From a virus (Duplodnaviria; Heunggongvirae; Uroviricota; Caudoviricetes): a stretch of DNA of 64,000 nucleotides. The stretch lies in IMG/VR virus record IMGVR_UViG_3300046804_001058, positions 1-64,000 of that record; one strand, written 5' to 3'. Both the position numbers and the translations under genes were made by a program. This document shows positions 59,502-64,000 of the stretch, piece after piece. Under the pieces are notes generated by a model. It searched no databases. It was not told where the DNA came from and worked only from the letters and a program-made list of their open reading frames with translations. The first letter of the stretch is position 1. Every line of letters starts with the position of its first letter.

Positions 59502-59738
59502 ATGAAGATAGTCAAATTAGAGTTGCTAGAATTTATTGGAGTAGCAATGAGAATCTTTTCATTTAGCATACTAGCAATAATGAGTAAAGATACACCACTT
59601 TTTACAATGTGGGTTATAAATACATTAGATGCAATTCTTTTAACGTATTGTGCGTGGAAGAGGAACAATCGTGCATATGTAGTACTAAATGTATTTTGGC
59701 TTATAGTAGGTATTGTTGGAATGATAAATTCTTTTTAA
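59502..59738 (+). CDS. small hydrophobic membrane protein (2-3 predicted TM helices)
   Basis: The track calls 59472..59738, but ATG 59502 (MKIVKLELLEF...) begins after the halogenase stop. Hydrophobic segments: FIGVAMRIFSFSILAIM and VVLNVFWLIVGIVGMI. Confidence 0.4.
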   Translation: MKIVKLELLEFIGVAMRIFSFSILAIMSKDTPLFTMWVINTLDAILLTYCAWKRNNRAYVVLNVFWLIVGIVGMINSF

Positions 59739-59777
59739 TTTTAAATAATTTTTTAACAAAATATAATACCAAACATC

Positions 59778-59999
59778 ATGGCAGATTTAACAGCCTTAGA
59801 GGCAGAATTAAGAGCAACTCAATTAGAAATTGAATTAGCAAGAAAAGCTAAAATGGAAGCATTTATTGCACAAAGAAAAGCTGAGGAAGAAGCAGCAGCA
59901 GCAGCTGAGGCAGCAAAAACTCCTGAGCAAAAAGCAGCAGAATTGCAAGCTAAAATTGATGAGCATAAAGCTCGTTTAGCTGAATTAAAAGCTGAATAA
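59778..59999 (+). CDS. small Ala/Glu/Lys-rich coiled-coil protein (73 aa)
   Basis: Starts ATGGCAG like many genes here; heptad-like ...LEAELRATQLEIELARKAKMEAF...AAELQAKIDEHKARLAELKAE. Confidence 0.45.
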   Translation: MADLTALEAELRATQLEIELARKAKMEAFIAQRKAEEEAAAAAEAAKTPEQKAAELQAKIDEHKARLAELKAE

Positions 60000-60017
60000 A
60001 AATTTTGTTATTCAAAA

Positions 60018-60051
60018 TAGTTGATTTACCTTTGGGGGATAAAATCAACTA
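60018..60051 (+). promoter_or_regulatory. perfect 10-bp inverted repeat TAGTTGATTT(N14)AAATCAACTA ending 3 nt before the ATG of the GT9 gene
   Basis: Seen directly; no U-tract follows. It would occlude the translation-initiation region if formed in RNA, or could act as an operator. Confidence 0.4.
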
Positions 60052-60054
60052 TAC

Positions 60055-60921
60055 ATGAATATAATATTCCAAATTAATGGCGGTATTGGCAAGGTGATTG
60101 CTGGTACCGCCATTTGTGCTTCTATCAAGGCTAAGTATCCTGATAGTAAACTTATTGTTGTCTCTGGTTATCCAGATGTATTCTTAGGTAATAAGAATGT
60201 TGACAGAGCATACGCTTTTGGACAACAGGCTTATTTCTATAAGGAATACATTGAGAATCAAGAGATTATGGTATTTGCACACGATCCATACTTGGAAGCA
60301 AAGCACATTAAACAAGATGAACACCTTATTGAAACATGGTGTAATTTGTACGGTTTACCAGTGACAAAGACTGTTGGAGAGCTATTTCTTACACAAAGAG
60401 AAATAGATTTCTTTAGCAAAAAATTTGTTTCTGATAAGCCTATTTTTTTGATGCAAACTAATGGTGGTGCTGAGACAGAACAGAAATACTCTTGGGCTAG
60501 AGATATTCCTAGTTATGTGGTAGAAAATGTTATATATGAGTTCAAAGAACGATATAACATTGTTCATATAAAAAGAGAAGATCAAATAGGTTATGATGGG
60601 ACATTTGCTGTATCTGATACATTCAGAGCATTGATTGTTCTTATAAGCCTTAGTGAAAAGAGATTGTTAATGGATAGCTTTGGACAACATGCAGCAGCTG
60701 CTCTTGATAAACCATCCACTGTATTATGGATAGCTAATAGCCCTAAGGTATTTGGTTATGATTTACATACAAACATTGTAGCTAATCCAGAAACGACATC
60801 ACCTGAATTACGTAATGCGTATTTGAGTAAGTATAATATTGGAGGTGACCCTATTGAGTTTCCTTACAATAAAGAGTCTGAAATATTTAATGTAGATGCT
60901 GTAATTAACTCCTTAAAATAA
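60055..60921 (+). CDS. glycosyltransferase family 9-like (heptosyltransferase-fold) protein
   Basis: N-terminus 'MNIIFQINGGIGKVIAGTAICASIKAKYPDSKLIVV' parallels GT9 'KILVIRLSSLGDVILATP..RALK.AYPDAEI'. C-terminal 'LISLSEKRLLMDSFGQHAAAALDKPSTVLW' parallels '[30 protein letters not shown]'. Confidence 0.5.
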   Translation: MNIIFQINGGIGKVIAGTAICASIKAKYPDSKLIVVSGYPDVFLGNKNVDRAYAFGQQAYFYKEYIENQEIMVFAHDPYLEAKHIKQDEHLIETWCNLYGLPVTKTVGELFLTQREIDFFSKKFVSDKPIFLMQTNGGAETEQKYSWARDIPSYVVENVIYEFKERYNIVHIKREDQIGYDGTFAVSDTFRALIVLISLSEKRLLMDSFGQHAAAALDKPSTVLWIANSPKVFGYDLHTNIVANPETTSPELRNAYLSKYNIGGDPIEFPYNKESEIFNVDAVINSLK

Positions 60922-60927
60922 ACCAAC

Positions 60928-61749
60928 ATGGAAAAGATATTCTATCAAAGCTCATTACCTAGAGCAGGAAGTACGTTGTTGCAAAATATACTAGCTCAAA
61001 ATCCTGATATATATGCTACACCTACAAGTGGTGTATTAGAACTTATATTTGGTGCACGTGTTAATTATACAAACTCAGCAGAGTTTAAAGCTCAAGATCC
61101 TGAGTTAATGAAAATAGGATGGCAAGCTTTTGCTAAATCTGGAATGGATGCATTCTACAATGCTATTACAGATAAAAAATATGTGATAGATAAGTCTCGT
61201 GGATGGGGTATTCACTATGATTTCTTACAGTTTGTACAAGGTGGTGAACCTAAAATCATTTGCATGATAAGAGACCTACGTGACATCTTTGCTTCTATGG
61301 AGGGTAATTTTAGAAAGCATCCTGAGAAGCAATCAGACATTTTGGATTGGTCTAAAGGTCAGGGAACAACAGTCCCTAAACGTATAGATATATGGGCATC
61401 ACAGCCACCTGTAGGATTAGCATTAGAAAGATTAAGTGAAATTTTTAGAACTGGCATAGCTGATAAAATATTGTTTGTTAAGTTTGAAGACTTATGTTTA
61501 TATCCTGACACTACAATGATTAAGATATATGACTACTTAGGCATACCACATTTTCAACATGACTTTGATAACATTGAACAAGTTACTAAAGAAGATGATG
61601 AGATATATGGTGCATTTGGAGACCATGTTATTAGAACTAAACTTGAACCTGTAAGAAGCAAGGCGAAAGAGTTATTAGGCAAAGATGTATGTGATTGGAT
61701 ATGGACAAATTATGAATGGTTCTTTAAACAATTTAGATATACAAAATGA
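60928..61749 (+). CDS. sulfotransferase (PAPS-dependent, Sulfotransfer_3-like)
   Basis: 5'-PSB-like 'SLPRAGSTLLQNIL' (compare 'PRSGTTLLEQIL') and 3'-PB-like 'MIRDLRDIFAS' (compare 'RDPRD..VS'). Confidence 0.6.
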   Translation: MEKIFYQSSLPRAGSTLLQNILAQNPDIYATPTSGVLELIFGARVNYTNSAEFKAQDPELMKIGWQAFAKSGMDAFYNAITDKKYVIDKSRGWGIHYDFLQFVQGGEPKIICMIRDLRDIFASMEGNFRKHPEKQSDILDWSKGQGTTVPKRIDIWASQPPVGLALERLSEIFRTGIADKILFVKFEDLCLYPDTTMIKIYDYLGIPHFQHDFDNIEQVTKEDDEIYGAFGDHVIRTKLEPVRSKAKELLGKDVCDWIWTNYEWFFKQFRYTK

Positions 61750-61979
61750 TAGTAGATATCAGGTTTAATACAAATTACCCTGAGAAGAGTAAGTTTGAAT
61801 GGAGGGTGTTGGTAGATGGGAAAGAAAACTTAGTAAATACTATAAGATGTGAAGTTCCTACATATAGCAGCACTACATTTATTGAAGGTCACGGAATGAA
61901 ATGGCACATGAGTGCCATAGCAAATCAAGTGATTATTCAAGAACATATTAATAACGTAATCCACGCACAAATTATATGA
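61746..61979 (+). CDS. hypothetical protein (77 aa)
   Basis: ATGA-coupled ORF between the sulfotransferase and the kinase. Confidence 0.35.
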   Translation: MIVDIRFNTNYPEKSKFEWRVLVDGKENLVNTIRCEVPTYSSTTFIEGHGMKWHMSAIANQVIIQEHINNVIHAQII

Positions 61980-62413
61980 TAGTAGTATTATTTGGTCAGC
62001 CAGCTTCTGGCAAAACCACCTTAGCTAAGAAACTCATAGACAATAACTTTCATCACATAGATGGAGATAGTTTAAGAGATGTATTTAAAAACAAAGACTA
62101 TAGTAGAGAAGGACGTATCAAAAACTTGAATAGAGCTAGTGACATTGCTCACTACTTAGAGTTTATGGAAGGTCGTGATATAGTGTTGTCTTTGGTATAT
62201 CCTTATGAAGAAGCTAGAGAGTATCTTAGAAACTTAAACAAAAAAGCTAGATGGATCTACCTAATATATCAAGAAGATAGAGGTAGAGAACATTACAAAG
62301 TTGAAGACTTTGAAATCCCTCATGTGGACAATGTGGATTTAATTATTAACACTTCACACACTTCAGTAGAAGATAGTGTGGATCAAATCAAGCGTGTATG
62401 CAGAATATTTTAG
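61976..62413 (+). CDS. APS (adenylyl-sulfate) kinase-like P-loop kinase
   Basis: 'VVLFGQPASGKTTLAKKL' P-loop. 'HHIDGDSLRDVF...REGRIKNLNRASDIAHYLEFMEGRDIVLSLVYPYEEAREYLR' parallels CysC 'LDGDNVRHGL...DReENIRRigEVAkLF..aG.iv..afISPy...R...R'. Confidence 0.55.
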   Translation: MIVVLFGQPASGKTTLAKKLIDNNFHHIDGDSLRDVFKNKDYSREGRIKNLNRASDIAHYLEFMEGRDIVLSLVYPYEEAREYLRNLNKKARWIYLIYQEDRGREHYKVEDFEIPHVDNVDLIINTSHTSVEDSVDQIKRVCRIF

Positions 62414-62784
62414 CTAAAGGAAATCGCAAGACAGATGGTTATGCAATGTTCATAGGAAGATGGCAACCCTGGCATGCTGGTCACCAATGGTTAATTGATC
62501 AACAACTAAATCAAGGAAAGAAAGTGCTATTATGTGTAAGAGATGTACACAAGGATGATAAAAATCCTTGGTCTGCTTATGAAATTATGATGAATCTTGC
62601 TAACGAGTTAGAAGATTTAATTGAAGATGGTAAGGTGAGAATAATGATTATACCAGACATTGAGTCTGTAAACTTTGGTAGAGGAGTTGGATATGATATT
62701 ATTGAACACGTACCACCACAAGAAATAAATGATATCTCAGCCACAAATATTAGAGAACAATTAAAGGCTGAAGGGAAGTTATAA
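62398..62784 (+). CDS. cytidylyltransferase-family nucleotidyltransferase, TagD/HldE-domain-II-like (128 aa)
   Basis: 'AMFIGRWQPWHAGHQWLI' is an HxGH motif (compare TagD 'GTFDLLHWGHIKLL'). C-terminal 'ISATNIREQL' matches the conserved 'ISTTKI(K/R)E' motif. Length matches TagD (129 aa). Confidence 0.6.
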   Translation: MQNILAKGNRKTDGYAMFIGRWQPWHAGHQWLIDQQLNQGKKVLLCVRDVHKDDKNPWSAYEIMMNLANELEDLIEDGKVRIMIIPDIESVNFGRGVGYDIIEHVPPQEINDISATNIREQLKAEGKL

Positions 62785-63997
62785 CTTTCTCCGCTGTGAT
62801 ACCCCTATGACATTCAAAATGCTTAGGGGTATTTTTATTTATAGGACACCAGTCCCAGTCCCCTTTATCAAATTTAAAGTTAGGATTGTTCCAACAACCA
62901 TGACATAAAGTTGTATCTGTAACTCTTATACAGTTAGATTGAAACTCATGATCTGCCTCTGTGAAGTTACTAATCATCACTACAGGAGTACCAATAGCCC
63001 ATGCTAACCAGCTAAGTCCACTAGATAATCCTATAAAGAACTTAGCACTTGCTATTACAGACATTGTATTCTCCATAGATGTATCACTAATCTTAATGCA
63101 ATTCTTAAGTGGATTGTCTTCTTTAGATACATTTATCACTGAGTATCCTGAATCATTTAAAAAGTTAATAACTTCCTGCCAACCTTCTCTAGTCCAGAAT
63201 TTACATCCAGCTGTGCTATTGGTAGCAATTGCTACATAAGGAAAGTCCATAGAAGTTATTGGTCTATTAACATAGTTTATTTTAGGTTTTATCTCTTTCC
63301 ATTCTAATCCTAGTATATTACTAGCTGCCTTTTGTAAAGGAATTGTATTACATAACTCTGGTTCTTTATCTGGACTATATCTCCAACCAATAATATATTG
63401 ACCGTGTATATTATTTACTGTAGTTCCTGGAAGAACAAATTCAATTTCTGGATACGCTTCTTTAAACAAGAAGTTCTTATGTGTGCTTAATATAACATGA
63501 CATTTATGTTTCTTTCTAAACTCCTCACAGTATGGTACCCAAGCAATTGTATCTCCTAATGATGCACTATCAATAGAGATGTATACACGCTTACCTTCAT
63601 AGTTTAATGTCTCTTCATAGATGAGCTCACCGTCTTCCCACACTTTGGCTGTCCATTTAGTAAACCACTGTCTATTTAACTTCACCCAACTATTGCTACT
63701 GATTGTATTTTCATAATGACATACACCTGCCTCATCAAAGAACTTAACTAAGAACTTACTATCACTGTTACCTGTAATTTCTAGTCTAGGATTTTCTACA
63801 AACAATAGAGATATATCCACCTTTGTTTTTCTTTTCTTCTTAGGTTTGATAGGAATGAACATTATATTGTTATATAACTCATCATGCTCTTCTGCAAATC
63901 TATTGTCTGGTATATCATAGTGCACTATACCATGTATAAACTTTGATCTAACTTCATCTAGATCAGTATCTACAGGTAGAAGATAGTTAGTAAACAT
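62750..63997 (-). CDS. glycosyltransferase family 9-like protein, convergent; its 3' end overlaps the + strand operon by 35 nt
   Basis: Only minus-strand gene. C-terminal region '...AKFFIGLSSGLSWLAWAIGTPVVMISNFT' parallels the GT9 '[24 protein letters not shown]' motif. The N-terminal about 200 aa are a distinct domain. Confidence 0.5.
   Translation of the reverse strand: MFTNYLLPVDTDLDEVRSKFIHGIVHYDIPDNRFAEEHDELYNNIMFIPIKPKKKRKTKVDISLLFVENPRLEITGNSDSKFLVKFFDEAGVCHYENTISSNSWVKLNRQWFTKWTAKVWEDGELIYEETLNYEGKRVYISIDSASLGDTIAWVPYCEEFRKKHKCHVILSTHKNFLFKEAYPEIEFVLPGTTVNNIHGQYIIGWRYSPDKEPELCNTIPLQKAASNILGLEWKEIKPKINYVNRPITSMDFPYVAIATNSTAGCKFWTREGWQEVINFLNDSGYSVINVSKEDNPLKNCIKISDTSMENTMSVIASAKFFIGLSSGLSWLAWAIGTPVVMISNFTEADHEFQSNCIRVTDTTLCHGCWNNPNFKFDKGDWDWCPINKNTPKHFECHRGITAEKVITSLQPLIVL
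62799..62845 (+). terminator. rho-independent terminator closing the + strand operon (ATACCCCTA ... TAGGGGTAT plus TTTTTATTTAT)
   Basis: Perfect 9-bp stem at 62801-62809 and 62824-62832, 14-nt loop, then a T-run. It lies inside the 3' coding end of the convergent minus-strand gene. Confidence 0.55.
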
Positions 63998-64000
63998 ATC

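Noticed and set aside
59609-59833. 74-aa ORF overlapping the small membrane-protein and coiled-coil genes
   Set aside because: Alternative frame across two better-supported small genes; no start context.
1-64000. Search for tRNA genes, integrase and att sites, and host-flanking DNA
   Set aside because: The non-coding gaps (1-179, 7188-7307, 10188-10350, 19938-20118, 34934-35019, 53278-53417) contain no T-loop-like GTTCRANYC cloverleaf candidates. No tyrosine or serine recombinase motifs were seen. The window looks like uninterrupted phage DNA.

Overview
The window reads as about 64 kb of a low-GC (about one-third GC), AT-rich double-stranded DNA phage, probably from a Bacteroidetes (Flavobacteriia-like) host. 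Forty-three of the 44 called genes lie on the + strand and are tightly packed, with TAATG and ATGA stop-start overlaps. Only about six intergenic gaps exceed 50 nt, and each carries hairpin or terminator-like structure.

The order is: small DNA-binding and zinc-ribbon genes; terminase large subunit (679 aa); portal (860 aa); an SPFH/band-7 domain protein; an acidic scaffold-like protein; the major capsid protein (517 aa); tail and fibre genes; and a roughly 30 kb block of six very large ORFs (1497, 899, 1092, 856, 3810 and 1416 aa). The fibre genes include a tail-collar fibre, collagen-like Gly-X-Y fibres with C-terminal peptidase-S74 intramolecular-chaperone domains, and a BNR/sialidase-repeat protein. 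TerL about 680 aa, portal about 860 aa, capsid about 520 aa, IHF/HU-like genes and giant ORFs carrying a DxDxD motif together look like a crAss-like (Crassvirales-type) podovirus. That assignment is inference from motifs only.

The most unusual content is an accessory cassette at 58259-63997 that is co-transcribed with the last tail fibre. It encodes a flavin-dependent tryptophan-halogenase-family enzyme, a small membrane protein, an Ala-rich coiled-coil peptide, a GT9-like glycosyltransferase, a sulfotransferase, an APS-kinase-like P-loop kinase, a TagD/HldE-like cytidylyltransferase, and a convergent second GT9-like gene. The other main findings are a 3810-aa ORF with HEVFH and DFDID motifs (candidate virion RNA polymerase or ejected cargo) and a conserved AACCAA...CAACTACATATG element at four gene starts.

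I saw no tRNA, CRISPR array, integrase or obvious host DNA.
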